Assembly (NCBI RefSeq): GCF_963921235.1
Contig: NC_086102.1
Coordinates: forward strand, 41,478,001 to 41,542,000
DNA from: Mobula hypostoma
Taxonomy: Eukaryota
Length of the DNA: 64,000 nucleotides
Reading direction: 5' to 3'
In this document: positions 24,901 to 36,900 of the stretch, one piece after another
Numbering within the stretch: position 1 is the stretch's first letter
Layout: each line of letters opens with the position of its first letter
Translations under genes and position numbers: made by a program
The notes under the pieces: model-generated
Told to the model about the DNA's origin: nothing
The model's input: only the letters and a program-made list of their open reading frames with translations
Database searches by the model: none

Positions 24901-27823
24901 GGAGGGGGGCAGGAGAAGGAAAGGGGGTGTTAGACATTTCACTGCTTGTGGGTAGAAGCTGTTAAGGAGTCTCTTTGTTTTCGTCCTTAATGCTCTGTAT
25001 CTCTTCCCAGAAGGTAGAGGGGAAAACAGGTGATGTCCAGGATGAGTGGGATCCTTTGAAATACAAGTAGCCTTCTTTTGAAGTCTGCCAGTATAAATGT
25101 CTCTGAGGGAGGGTAATGTTGTGGCAATAACCTGCTCTGCTACCCTCACCACCCGCTGCAAGTCCTTCCTGTTCTGTTCTGTGCAGCTGGCAAACCACAC
25201 TGCACAGCAATACGTCAGGAGGCTCTCTATAGTTGTCCGATAGAAGTTGATCAGCAGGTGATGAGGGAGGAGAGCGTGCTTTAGCTTCCTTAGGAAGTAG
25301 AGCCTCTGTTGGGCCTTCCCCACCTGATAAGAGATATGGGCAGTCCAGGTGAGGTCAGCCGAGATGTGGACGCTGAGGAACTTGAAACTCTCTACTCTCT
25401 CCACCTCTTTCCCATATATGTGCAGAGCAGAGTGCTCGACGCGTTTTGATTTCCTGAAGTCTACTATCAGCTCCTTGGTTTTTGTGATGTTCAAGTCCAG
25501 GTTATTATGACAACACCATTCTGTCAAATGCTGTACCTCCTCCCTATAGGCTGTCTCATCACAGTCTGATATGACACCTATTAGGGTGGTATCGTCAGCA
25601 AATTTGACAATGGTGTTGGTGGAGTGAATGGTAGAGCAGTCATGGGTGAAAAGAGAATAGAGGATGGGGCTGAGAACACACCCCTGTGGTGTACCGGTGT
25701 TCAAGATGAGAGTAGATGATGTGTGTTCTCCCATCCTGACAATGCAAGTGTCATTTTCTGTGTAAGGAATAGAAGATGGAAGTGGGTCATGTGGCCCACT
25801 CTGCTACTCAATTCAGGCATAGTTTACATTGGCACCTTTTTACTGCCATATTTGTAGACCCTCTATTATAGACTTTAGATCTGATTGAAAGTGTGGCAAC
25901 GTTCAATAATGCTCCTGTTAAGGGTCATAGAACATTTCCAACAGTGAAAATGCAAATAATTGTGTTGATTTTAAAGGATATTTAGGGGAACTTGAGTTTG
26001 TGATCATAGCATATGAGCTAAAACTCAATTTGCCCTTGTTTCCTGAATGCCTCAGGTTCTGGGATACTTTTCCTAATTAAAGATGTAGAAATGAAAGTAA
26101 TTCAGTATCAAACCCTTGTTTCTCAGGTGAAGCCCCAGGTTGAAGAGAAAGCTGGAAAAACATTTGATGCATTTGTTGTCAAAGCCTACAAAACGCAAGT
26201 TGTAGCTGGGACCAACCACTTTTTTAAAGTAAGTTTATCCTTCTAGGCCTTTAGTTATTTCAAAATATCTTGGCTGTTTCTAATTCATTTACATTATACG
26301 TTACTAAGCTCATGCATGATAACATAAGTAGCTGCTTAAATTTGACAATGGCATTCATATTTATTTATTGAGCGTGCAGAATAGGCCCTTCTGGCCCTTC
26401 GAACAATGCTCCCCAGCAATCCCCTGATGTAGTCCTAGCTTGATCAAAGTTCACTTTACAACGACCAATTAACCTATCAACTGGCACATCCTGGGACTGT
26501 GGGAGGAAACGGCAGCACCTGGAGGAAACTCACACAGTCACGGCGAGAATGTACAAACTCCTTCCACATACTTCTACTTACGAAAGTAAAGCTATTGAAA
26601 TGTTACTTTGGCAGTGAGGAAAGGCAAATTTCCAAGTTGACCCTTTTTACAACAACTCTTCGATGGATTTTCTGTGTAAGGAATAGAAGATGGAAGTGGG
26701 TCATGTGGCCCACCCTGCTACTCAAGTCAGGCATAGTTTACATTGGTGCCTTTTTCCTGCCATATCCCTAGACCCTCTATTATAGACTTTAGATCTGAAT
26801 GCACTTTGCCTGCACAGTCCTCCAGGCCAGGAAGTTCCAAACCTTCACTAAGTGAAGAACAATCTTATTTCTGGTCTGGATCACCTACCCCTTGTGTCAC
26901 TGATGCCCAGTCCTAGACTCCTCAGCTGAAGGTACATCTGTCTAGTTTTGGCCCTCAAGTATTGCATTGTTCGGGGAGATTGCCTCTTTCTTGAAACTGC
27001 AAAGTGAGACTCTGCCTTCTCAATATCCCGTCATATGATAGAGCTAGCCTGACTCTTTACTCCACAAAAATAAGAAAACCCGAATATGGTATTCCAGAAG
27101 TAGGCTCATCAAATGTCTATATAATAGCAGTGATGTATTTACATTTGTACCCAGATCCCCTAGTTTGACTACTCGCCTGCTGGCTGCAGTGTATGGTGCC
27201 CTTTAGTGACTTGTGTACAAGGATGCCCAGTCTTTTTAAACACTAGCATTTCCCCAATATATTTTTTATTGGTCAAAAACAGCAGATACTTCAGTTTTTT
27301 TTTACAGAGTGGTTGTGAAATATGTACAGTATGCCAGAGTTTGAGAAAAGTAAAAATATTTTGTTTTATAGGAACTTGTAGAAGACTGTACTACAATTTT
27401 TGCTTGCCATGTTGCAACTAGACTATCCCTTTATTGTTCACTATTATTATTAACCCCTCTGTTGTCACGTGCCACTAACCTCTTTTGCAATTTAACTTTT
27501 TCTGCTTTCTACCATCTTTGAGCTTCCACTTTGTCCTGTCATTTCACCCAATATTTCTGCATTTATTTAGTGCTGATAAAATAGTGTTTAACTCTCCATA
27601 AGTGCAGTAGTTTGAGATTTTTTATTGTACTAATAAGACTTATTAGTACATAGGTTGAGATACTAGCCTGAACAATTTTATTTTATTTGGTTAGATCCAT
27701 GTTGGTGGCAGTGACTACATTCATGTCAAAGTATATGAAATCCTTCCTTGTCATGGAGGTGAAAAGCAGATACTGGACATCCAGAGCAACAAATCAAAGG
27801 ATGAAGAACTAACTTTCTTATGA
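15924..27823 (+). CDS. Stefin/cystatin-B-like protease inhibitor, copy B, 103 aa; exons 15924-16004, 26127-26228, 27695-27823
   Basis: MSTKGVCCGGISEGKAVTQEVQQLADS|VKPQVEEKAGKTFDAFVVKAYKTQVVAGTNHFFK|IHVGGSDYIHVKVYEILPCHGGEKQILDIQSNKSKDEELTFL*. Kozak accATG, GT-AG phase-0 introns as in CSTA/CSTB, N-terminal GG, QVVAG and LP motifs, AATAAA at 28824-28829. Confidence 0.92.
16260..19630 (-). mobile_element. Old CR1-group non-LTR RT fragment in stefin intron 1, split by the younger CR1 at 16466-18702; paralog at ~34260-36350
   Basis: ORFs 19045-19278 (YKTLIHPKLEYCAAIWD), 18738-18992 and 34262-34564 (YSLYPRSTREWNLLP). Boundaries approximate. Confidence 0.7.
16466..18702 (+). mobile_element. Young 5'-truncated CR1 LINE with an uninterrupted RT frame
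   Basis: 727-aa ORF with KSPGPDG, YLDFQKAFD, GVPQGSVLGP, KFADD; (TTCTATGT)n tail; TSD ATACTG at 16460-65 and 18703-08; empty site at 34467. Confidence 0.95.
19640..20625. mobile_element. Foldback/MITE-like element with ~310-bp imperfect terminal inverted repeats
   Basis: 19640-19953 is the approximate reverse complement of 20315-20625 (e.g. ggatcctgaattat / ataattcaggatcc; gcactgctgagagctgtacagcacaaac / gtttgtgctgtacagctctcagcagtgc). Absent from copy C (~36360). Confidence 0.8.
20690..22550 (+). mobile_element. Degraded CR1 LINE in stefin intron 1, shared with copy C (~36415-38785)
   Basis: RT fragments 20777-21061, 21241-21651, 21961-22254 and a CR1-type 3' end. Confidence 0.85.
23340..23600 (+). 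mobile_element. Penelope-derived repeat (pLTR-like) with decayed hammerhead core; paralog at ~39620-39830
   Basis: agtc-ctg(g/a)tga-agggccttggccc-aaaac-aca-gact at 23457-23492 and 39713-39748, followed by gatgctg..tgacctgctgagttcctccagc. Confidence 0.65.
24702..25745 (-). mobile_element. 5'-truncated Rex1/Babar-type LINE, copy B only
   Basis: ORF 24898-25734: GTPQGCVLSP, KFADDTT, LNITKTKELIVDFRK, QRLYFLRKL. Empty sites at ~5180 and ~40866. Confidence 0.85.
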
Positions 27824-27956
27824 ATACAAAATATCTTGCTGTCAGTGCTCTAGGCTTATGCAAAAGTAGTTTGTTTTATATTTTTAAGCTTTTCTCTTTT
27901 GGCTTTATCAAAACTGGGGACATTCTTATTTTGCATCAACTTCTAGCCATATAAAC

Positions 27957-28608
27957 CAGCGGTCCCCAACTACCGGGCCGCGGACTGGTACCGGGCTGCG
28001 AGGAAATGATATGAGTCAGCTGCACCTTTCCTCATTCCCTGCCACGCGCTGTTGAACTTGAACATAGGGTTGCCAATGGTTCCGTATTTGCCGGGACATC
28101 CCGTATATTGGGCTAAATTGGTTTCTCCCATATGGGACTGCCCCTGTCCCGTATTTCCCCCTGCTTAGGTAGAGCGTTCCTATGAAACCTTTCGTGCCAA
28201 AATGGTGTGAAGCGAAGAAGCAATTACCATTAATTAATATGGGAAAAATTTTTGAGTGTTCCCAGACCCAAAAAAAAACCTACCAAATCATGCCAAATAA
28301 CACATAAAACCGAAAATAAGTAACACTAACATATAGTAAAAGCAGGAATGATAAGATTAATACACAGCCTATATTAAGTAGAAATGATGTTATGTATAGT
28401 TGGGAAGATGAAGGCAAAACCAATCGGGGGGGGGGGCGGCAGCACGTATGCGCATGTGCACACAGGTGCCCGTGCAAGACTTCATGGTCTTCATAGTCTT
28501 CCTGGGGTAAAGTGTCCCGGGATTTGACTGCTACTTTTGTCCCTTATTTGGGAGTGAGAAAGTTGGCAACCCTAGCTGTAAAAGACAAGTTGAGGTTGGG
28601 GACCCCTG
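27957..28608. mobile_element. Non-autonomous hAT (Charlie/Buster-type) element in the 3' UTR of stefin copy B, with an internal second TIR pair
   Basis: TIRs CAGCGGTCCCCAAC / GTTGGGGACCCCTG; 8-bp TSD ATATAAAC at 27949-56 and 28609-16 with central TA; internal TAGGGTTGCCAA (28065) / TTGGCAACCCTA (28574). Confidence 0.9.
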
Positions 28609-30986
28609 ATATAAACCATATCATGTGGTTGGGAGAAGAGCGCAGAGGTTCAAGAAGTTTGATTATGTATACCATCTTTGAACTAACAAAGATTTTTTAT
28701 AATCAAAGCTTATTGTGGTGAATTCAATTTGTGTAATGAAAAGAACTGGCATAATTTTTGAACTAAATTGTTTTTATTGAGATTATGTATACTTTTTATT
28801 GTACCCTGCAGTTTATTTTAAGAAATAAATGCACTTGCTACTGCTTGTCAAAGGATTTTATTGCTTTAATACAGCATTACAGAAATGATGACTTTTCAAC
28901 CTGGTGTTTAAAAGACATCTTCCTAATTGATTAGAATTATTTCATCTTTCAGTCAGTGTACTTCCTCTTTTGTAGAACTTCTGACAATTTTAAGTACTTC
29001 CAGATATCAATTAATTTTTACCAAGATGATTGAAAATACTATCAAATAAAGATGTCATTCTTACCACTATGTTACAGTTGGGAAATGCTGAAAGTGCAGG
29101 AAGCTTGAATCTGTTAATAATTTTATTAGATCAATGGTCTTGAAGAAGTACTGCAACCACTAAATCAATACATTAGGAAATCCTGCTCTATTTAGCAATT
29201 ATCACTATTCATTTGAACAAAGACATGTCAGACCTTTGAGTGGAATAAACAATTCTTCTGCACTTTGAACAATTGTTCCTGCTACTCTCATTAAAGAGAT
29301 GGTGATAAGTATGTGTTTCTGCAGTGTTGGACTTGAATTCACTATGAATATTTAGTAAATTGTAGCAGAAAGCTAGTAGTTCTCAAAATTAATCCTGAAA
29401 TTCTGTGTGAAAAAGGAAAAGCTCCTAGATTTTGGGTTGGGTCTTGTAGATTAGGAAAATTATTCCAAACTTGTTCCCTGCTGCTTAGAGACCTATATAG
29501 AGTTTATGCCAAATTGGACCTTCACTCAACCCTTCAAGGGCTACATTTGATGTTATGGATAAATGTCAATGTATTACAATTAGATTTGAATAACTTTGGC
29601 AATACTAAAATTAAACTGGCACATTTAGTACAGTTCATTAAGGTAAAAAAGACATGTACAGTCTAACTATACACAAGCTGTTCTACAAACTTTGAAATGC
29701 CAGGTACAATTAAAATGAGAAAAAATTTCAAAGTGAGGAAAATGTGCTGCATAGATTGCTCCTAAGAGTTCAAACTTTCACAGCAGGCCCTGACAGTATT
29801 GAAATGGAATTGCAAGTACTTGGACATTAAAATAATCAATAAAAACAAATTCTTTGTTGTTTTCAATGAGGGGAGGTCCAGCTCTTTCAAAGGAGTACAT
29901 TTCACACTATCTGCACCTACACCAAGCTTAAAAGCACCAGTGGATGTTAATACAGTTGAGTGTACAATTGAGTGTCAACCTTTCAACACATGAACAGACA
30001 GACCTTTTAAATCTTAAAATGTATTCCAAGTTTCATGAAGATAATGGAACTGATGACATTTATGATTCAGTGAATCCTCTTGTATATGAACACAGTAGCA
30101 ATGTCACTTCACCCATTGCAATGATTATTTTTCATGTATCATTGCCTATATGTTTATTCCACAGGGTAATACTTGTTGGAAGCAGCTTCTGAGCAACTTG
30201 GTTATGTGCAGGTGGAAAAAAGGGAAGTATTACTTTATCCCCACCTCCAGATTGTTTTTATTTAATGGAGAGAGTACAAAAGGTAAAAGCCAGGGATAAC
30301 TGAATAAATACTTTGGTAACTAAAGAAATCTTTGCCACTTTGTCTACATCTCCCATCAAACATGCAAGAAAACTGAATGATGGTAGAAACTAAGTCCTGT
30401 GGTAAAGGGTGTGAGGTCCTTTCACCCTTTTCCACCTTATAGGGAATAGGCAAGCAAATTACATTTTTAAAAATTTTAGAAAATGAATACAGAATGAATG
30501 CACAAGACAAATGTTTCAAAATGAAAATGAGTCTGAGGAAAGGATTCTAATTTAATAAACTGTATTGTTAATATGTAATTTTCAACTGTTACTGGCCTTA
30601 ATTCCTTGCCTGAACACCACAGGTGAAAACAGTCTGTCAAAATCTAATGTCTCAATTTAGTCTTCAGAATTTGTTACAATGTGCGTAGCTTAATCATCAT
30701 GATTTTATTCTGTACACTTAGCTAACGAAATGCACTGTGTCGATTGGGAGATGAATCAATACTTGCATTTCAAGTTACCAAGTAAGTGATGGAACAGGAA
30801 ATTCAAATAGTATCAATTACAATCAAAGTCAGAAAGGTAACACCTTAAATATACAATTTTTTCAACTTAAAGCTCTGACTATTCATTCTAAGTGAGATAA
30901 TCTTGAAAAATTGTGATATTGTCCAGTAATTATGCACAGGACAAATGGAAAAATAAGTGTAATAAAAACAGACATTTCCAGGTATA

Positions 30987-31900
30987 CTTTATACTTTATT
31001 GTCGCGAAACAATTGATACTAGAACATACAATCATCACAGAGATATTTGATTCTGTGCTTCCCACTCCCTGGAGTACAAATTGATAGTAAATATTTTAAA
31101 AATTTAAATTATAAATCATAAATTTAAGTTAGTCCAAAAAAAACCGAGAGGCAGGTCCGGATATTTGGAGGGTACGGCCCAGATCTAGGTCAGGATCCGC
31201 TTAGCAGTCTTATCACAGTTGGAAAGAAGCTGTTCCCAAAACGGACCGTATGAGTCTTCAAGCTCCTGAGCCTTCTCCTGAAGGGAAGAGGGACCAAAAG
31301 TGTGTTGGCTGGGTGGGTCGTGTCCTTAATTATCCTGGCAGCACTGCTCCGACAGCGTGCGGTGTAAAGGGAGTCCAAGGACGGAAGATTGGTTTGTGTG
31401 ATGGGCTGTGCCGTGTTCACGATCTTCTGCAGCTTCTGGTCTTGGACAGGACAACTTCCATGCCAGGTTGTGTTGCACCCCAGAAGAATGCTTTCTACAG
31501 TGCATCTATAAAAATTAGTGAGGGTTTTAGGGGACAGGCCAAACTACTTTAGTTTTCTCAGGAAGTAAAGGCACTGGTGGGCCTTCTTGGCAGTGGACTC
31601 TGCTTGTCTGGACCAAGTCAGGTCATTTGTGATATTGACCCCGAGGAACTTTTGACCTGTTCCACTTGCGCACCACTGATGTAAATTGGGTCGTATGGTC
31701 CACTACTCCTTCTGAACTCGACAACCAATTCCTTCGTTTTGCTGACATTGAGGGATAGGTTATTGTCTTCGCGCCACGCTGTCAGGTTCTTAATTTCCTC
31801 TCTGTACTCAAACTCATCATTACCCAAGATACGGCCTACAATTGTTGTGTCATCAGCAAACTTATATATTGAGTTCAATGGAAACTTGGCTACACAATCA
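30987..31900 (-). mobile_element. 5'-truncated Rex1/Babar-type LINE in the duplicated MIX23 3' UTR
   Basis: ORF 31618-31923 KFADDTT..LNVSKTKELVV and ORF 31190-31420; empty site ggtatattccctggcataaac at 256-276 and 44969-44989. Confidence 0.82.
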
Positions 31901-32216
31901 TGGCATAAACAGAACTGTTCCATATGAAATTTTTTAAAAATTACAGAAGATTTCTTATGTTATTCAAAATGATTTTTTTTTGAAAAGCTTGCAGCATAAG
32001 AAATTGGTGGAAACCAATTTTACAGGCTGGCTTAGGTAATTACCAGAACTACACTTTTCTCTCAATGATAAAAGGCCCATCCTAACAACTCTTGGCTTAT
32101 ACCCATAACCGGTCCCTGTGATGGTCCACTGTGCTTTCACCCGAATAACTTCAATGTAATTCATTCTTTTCAAGCCATGGGTAGGCAGAGTCTGGCCTGT
32201 CTTCAATGATTCAGGT

Positions 32217-32267
32217 TCACAGGTTGTTTGAAGGCTTGTAATGAATTCTGCAGCGTTCCTGGAAGAC
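32217..32267 (-). pseudogene. MIX23: Duplicated MIX23 terminal exon (VFQERCRIHYKPSNNL*)
   Basis: Intact acceptor, frame and stop; one amino-acid difference from the proximal copy. Confidence 0.8.
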
Positions 32268-33729
32268 CTTTGTAAAGTTTAAAGAAAAAAAAATCAAATT
32301 CCTGATACTGTAATTTGCTTTAATCTTCAAATCCAACTGCAGGTCAAATATTGCTTAATACACCACATAAAAGCTTTGATCAGCGTGACTTTGTCTTGCA
32401 CTGAGAAACACATTTTATGTCCTGTTCTTCACCAGTTTAAAACCAACATGCTTGATTAAAATGATGGGGGGTAAATTTGCCTCCAGCCCCAACATTTTGA
32501 ATGGAATATGCCAAAATCATACAGCGCAGAAACAGGTTGATTGTCCAACTAGCCCAATAAAGACACTCATCTGGACTAGTCCCATATTCCTCAAAAGCTT
32601 TCCTTTCCAATTATCTTTTAAATCTTGTTAATGTTCCCTGCCTCAACAAATTCATCTATTCATTCCACGTATGGACCAACCTCTGAGTAAAAAAGTGGCC
32701 ACTCAGATCCCTCTAACCCTAAACCCTTTTTCTTCAGTTCCTGATTTGCCAACCTTGGGGAAAAAAGACTGTGCATGTTCACCCTACCTATGCCCCTCAT
32801 TCTCCTACACTCCAGTGAAGACCCTCGTAAATCTCCTCTGCACTCTTTCCAACTCAGTTGTATTTTTCCCTATAGCAGCGTCAACACAATATTCCAAATG
32901 TGGCCTCATCAATAACTACAACATAACATCCCATCATCCATGCTCAGTGCCACGACTGATGAAGCCCAGCATGCCAAAAGCTGCTTTTGTGACCCTACTT
33001 TCAGGAAAGGATGTATTTGTACTCTTAGATCCCTCTATCCTACAGTGCACCCCAGGGTCCTGCCATTCAATGTGAAAGTCCTAAGCTCAGTTGTCCTCCC
33101 AAAATGCAACACCTTACAATCATCCATATTTTCCTTTCCTCAGCCCTTTTCCCTGTCTGATTACAATCCCTCTTCGTATCCTGACAACTGTCATCACCAT
33201 CTACAATAACTACTTTAGTATTTGCAAATTTACACTTCATCCAAGTTATTGATATAACCTGGATGACACATGGGAATGGGCCTAACACTGAGCCCTGGGG
33301 AAAACTGCTAGTCACAGGCCTCTAGTCCAAAAAGCAAACTTCCACCCTCTGCTGCTCCCTACTATCAAGCAACTTGTGTATCCTATATAAAAGTGGATTC
33401 AATCTGGCTAGAACATGCACCATACTCAAGAAAGATGCATCTACTCAATGTACAAGCTCTTGAGGAATTACAAAATTGGATGAACTGTTAAACGGAAGAC
33501 TGGAGTCTAACCCACCTAGTTCCTTCGTTACAGAGTATTCAAAGCAAAAAGGCGGTTTAGAATCCATTAATGGAAAACAGAATTCTCCGATTTTCTGCAG
33601 ATGCCGCATCTCAGGGAGGACAACCATTACACAATTAAAAGAAAAAGTTGTTCATCCAGGCAGCATGGGAGTAAAGAAAGTAACAGAAAATAATATTAAA
33701 CTGCAGTAAACGTACGTTCCGATATAGTA

Positions 33730-33931
33730 ACCTGAGTTAGGTTTTCTTCTCGAAATTGCAAACATCTGGTTTACTAACTTTGCAGTATTTCTTTCTGTTG
33801 CAATCAGCTGACCTCCCATTACGTCATCTTGGTAATCGCGAGCGAGGTTGTGTCATGTGACAAGAGCCCATAAATTGCGGGACCGGGACCCGATTCGCTT
33901 GTCACCAGGTGGAGTGTCGGCGAGGATAACC
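33730..33931 (+). promoter_or_regulatory. Intact stefin promoter and 5' UTR, copy C: CRE-like TTACGTCA 33819-33826, M-box/CLEAR-like TGTCATGTGACA 33851-33862, TATA-like CATAAAT 33869-33875
   Basis: CpG-enriched patch directly upstream of the ATG, conserved in three units. Motif function is inferred from consensus similarity. Confidence 0.6.
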
Positions 33932-36900
33932 ATGAGCACTAAGGGCGTTTGCTGTGGCGGGATCAGCGAGGGGAAGGCCGTCACCCAGGAGGTTCAACAG
34001 CTTGCCGATTCAGTGAGTGCACTTTATGTACAGCGTCATGACTCTGAATCTTCCTCTCGAAGTGTTACCGTATACACGTCCACCCCAATGCTTTGAGCAT
34101 AAGGAAACTTTTCAAAGTGGGTCACGGAGATTGTTTGAACTCGGAAAAAATTCCCAATAGTGGACAGTAAAGCCCAGCGGGTGGGAGGTGAGGACAAGGA
34201 GGAGGATGGAATTCGTGGTGGAGCTTAAGGTGACTTGGGTGTGAAGGAAGAGATTCAGAATTCACTCACAAACCACCCGGCTCAATTGTGTTTTTTTTCC
34301 TGCACAGTTTCCGTTTCTGCTTGGTACTGCGCAAGCACTGCCGGACGGCTGTAATAACGCGCAGTCGGTGTGAACGGCGTGGGAGTTAAGTTGTAAAATA
34401 AGCTTTTTCACTAGATCCCCTAAATCGATTTGATTGAGTCTATCTTTAAAAATATTAATGTCAGACATACTGTGCAGGTCTGGTGGCAGAAGATTCCACT
34501 CTCTTGTTGATCTTGGGTAGAGGGAGTACTGGTAGCAAATCGTATTGAATGAAGGAGTTTCCAATATGTGAGGTCCAGTTTGCTGTCGAGTTGAACTGAC
34601 CCTGTGACGAATTTGGATGTTTGATGGAGTGATGTTGTGAATTACTTTGAAAAAGAAAATTAACCGTAGTTTAATACCTCGGTTTTCAAGTGGTTCCCAC
34701 AGAACATTACAGCACAGAAACAGGCCTTTTTGGGCCTTGGCTGTGCCGAACTATTTTTCTGCCTAGTCCCACTGACCTGCACCCGGACCATATCCCCTCT
34801 CACCCATGTACCTGTCCAAGTTTTTCTTAAATGTTAAAAGTGAGCCCGCATTTACCACTTCATCTGGCAGCTCATTCCACACTCCCACCACTCTCTGTGT
34901 GAAGAAGCCCCCCCCCAATATTCCCTTTAAACATTTGCCCCTTCACCCTTAACCCATGTCCTCTTTTTTTCTTCCCTAGCCTCAGTGGAAAAAGCCTGCT
35001 TGCATTCACTGTATCTATACCCATCATAATTTTATCTACCTCTATCAAATCTCCCCTCATTCTTCTGCGCTCCAGGAAATAAAGTCCTAACCTATTCAAC
35101 CTGTCTCTGTAACTCAGTTTCCCAAGTCCCGGCTACATCCTTGTAAACCTTCTCTGCACTCTCTCAACCTTAGTAATATCCTTCCTGTAATTTGGTGACC
35201 AAAACTGAACACAGTACTCCAGATTCTGCCTCACCAATGCCTTATACAACCTCACCATAACATTACAACTCTTGTACTCAATACTATGATTAATAAAGGC
35301 CAATGTATCAAAAGCTCTCTTTACGACCCTATCTACCTGTGACGCCACTTTTAGGGAATTTTGTATCTGTATTCCCAGATCCCTCTGTTCTACTGGACTC
35401 CTCAGTGCCTTACCATTTACCTTGTATGTTCTACCTTGGTTTGTCCTTCCAAAGTGAAAACCTCACACTTGTCTGTATTAAACTCCATCTGCTATTTTTC
35501 AGCCCATTTTTCCAGCTGGTCCAAATCTCTCTGCAAGCTTTGAAAACCTTCCTCACTGTCCACTGCACCTCCAGTCTTTATATCATCAGCAAATTTGCTG
35601 ATCCAGTTTACCACATTATCATCCAGATCATTGATATAGATGACAAATAACAATGGACCATCCCATTGAAGGTTAGAGAGCACGTTGCTGACACTGGATA
35701 TCCTGCTGTAATCGTTAACTCAGAGAGCAGCACGGCATTAGATTTTTTCGATGGACTTCTGATTGTTAGCTTAATGGGGATCCCATATGGCCGCGCAATA
35801 CTCGAGCTTTGGATGGATGAGTGTCTTGTATGCCATGTCCTTGACGGATTTACTACATGAGTGGTGATTTCTTCTCAGGATACCCAGCATTTTATTTGCT
35901 TTGGCTGTAATCTGATTGATGTGGGATGCCCAGTTAAGATCCTTGCTAATTTCAACACCAAGACATGGGTGGTGGGTGACTGTTTCAAGAATCTGTCCAT
36001 TCATGTTATATGTCATGTTGATTGGTTTAACTTTGACTGACATGCATAGCATGTTATAGACGGTTGTGGTTTTGGAAATGGGTTTGCCTTGATCGAGGAA
36101 AGAATGAAGTTGAATTTGGGAAAGCTGCTTGTGTAATACTGTAATGCTGAAGGTAGGGAGGGATAATGCGTGACGAGGATAGCGGTGTTACAAGGATGAA
36201 GACTTTGTGTCATTCAGATGATAGGTGTAGAGCTGGGAGAAGAGATTTTTAAAAAGAGGATAGTGAACTCAAGCTCAGAGATACAAGCTTTATTGAAATC
36301 GAGGTTGCAATCATTGCTGGCAGGTAGTAAGAGTGGGCTCCCTCACTTCTGCCCCTCTGGCCCACAACGTAGGACACAGCCTGAGAGGCACCTAAGCCCC
36401 CTCCTTACTCTCTACAGAGAGCAACTAAAACTTAGAAGGGAAAAGATGAAATAAGAAAGCAAGCTAGCAAATAATACCAAAGTGGATAGTAAATGTTTTT
36501 TTAGGTATGTTTAAAAATAAAAGAGAATTGAGAGTGGATGTAGGACTGCTAGATAATGAGGCAGGAGAAATAGTAACAAGGGACGAGGAGATGGCTGATG
36601 AACTAAATGAGTATTTTGCATCAGTCTTCACTGTGGAAGACACCAACAGTGTGTCTGATGTTGTAGTGTGTGAAGAAAGGGAAGTGGGTTCAGTTACTAT
36701 TGAAAGAGAGAAGGTGCTGAAAAAGCTGAAAGACCTAAAGTTACGTAAGTCTCTCGGACCGGAAGAACTGACCCCTAGGGTTCTGAAAGAGGTAGCGTTA
36801 GAGATTGTGGTGGCATTAGAAATGATTTTTCAAAAAATATTGTGCCAGGAGACTGGAAAATTGGAAATGTCACACTACTCTTTAAGAAAGGAGGAAGGCA

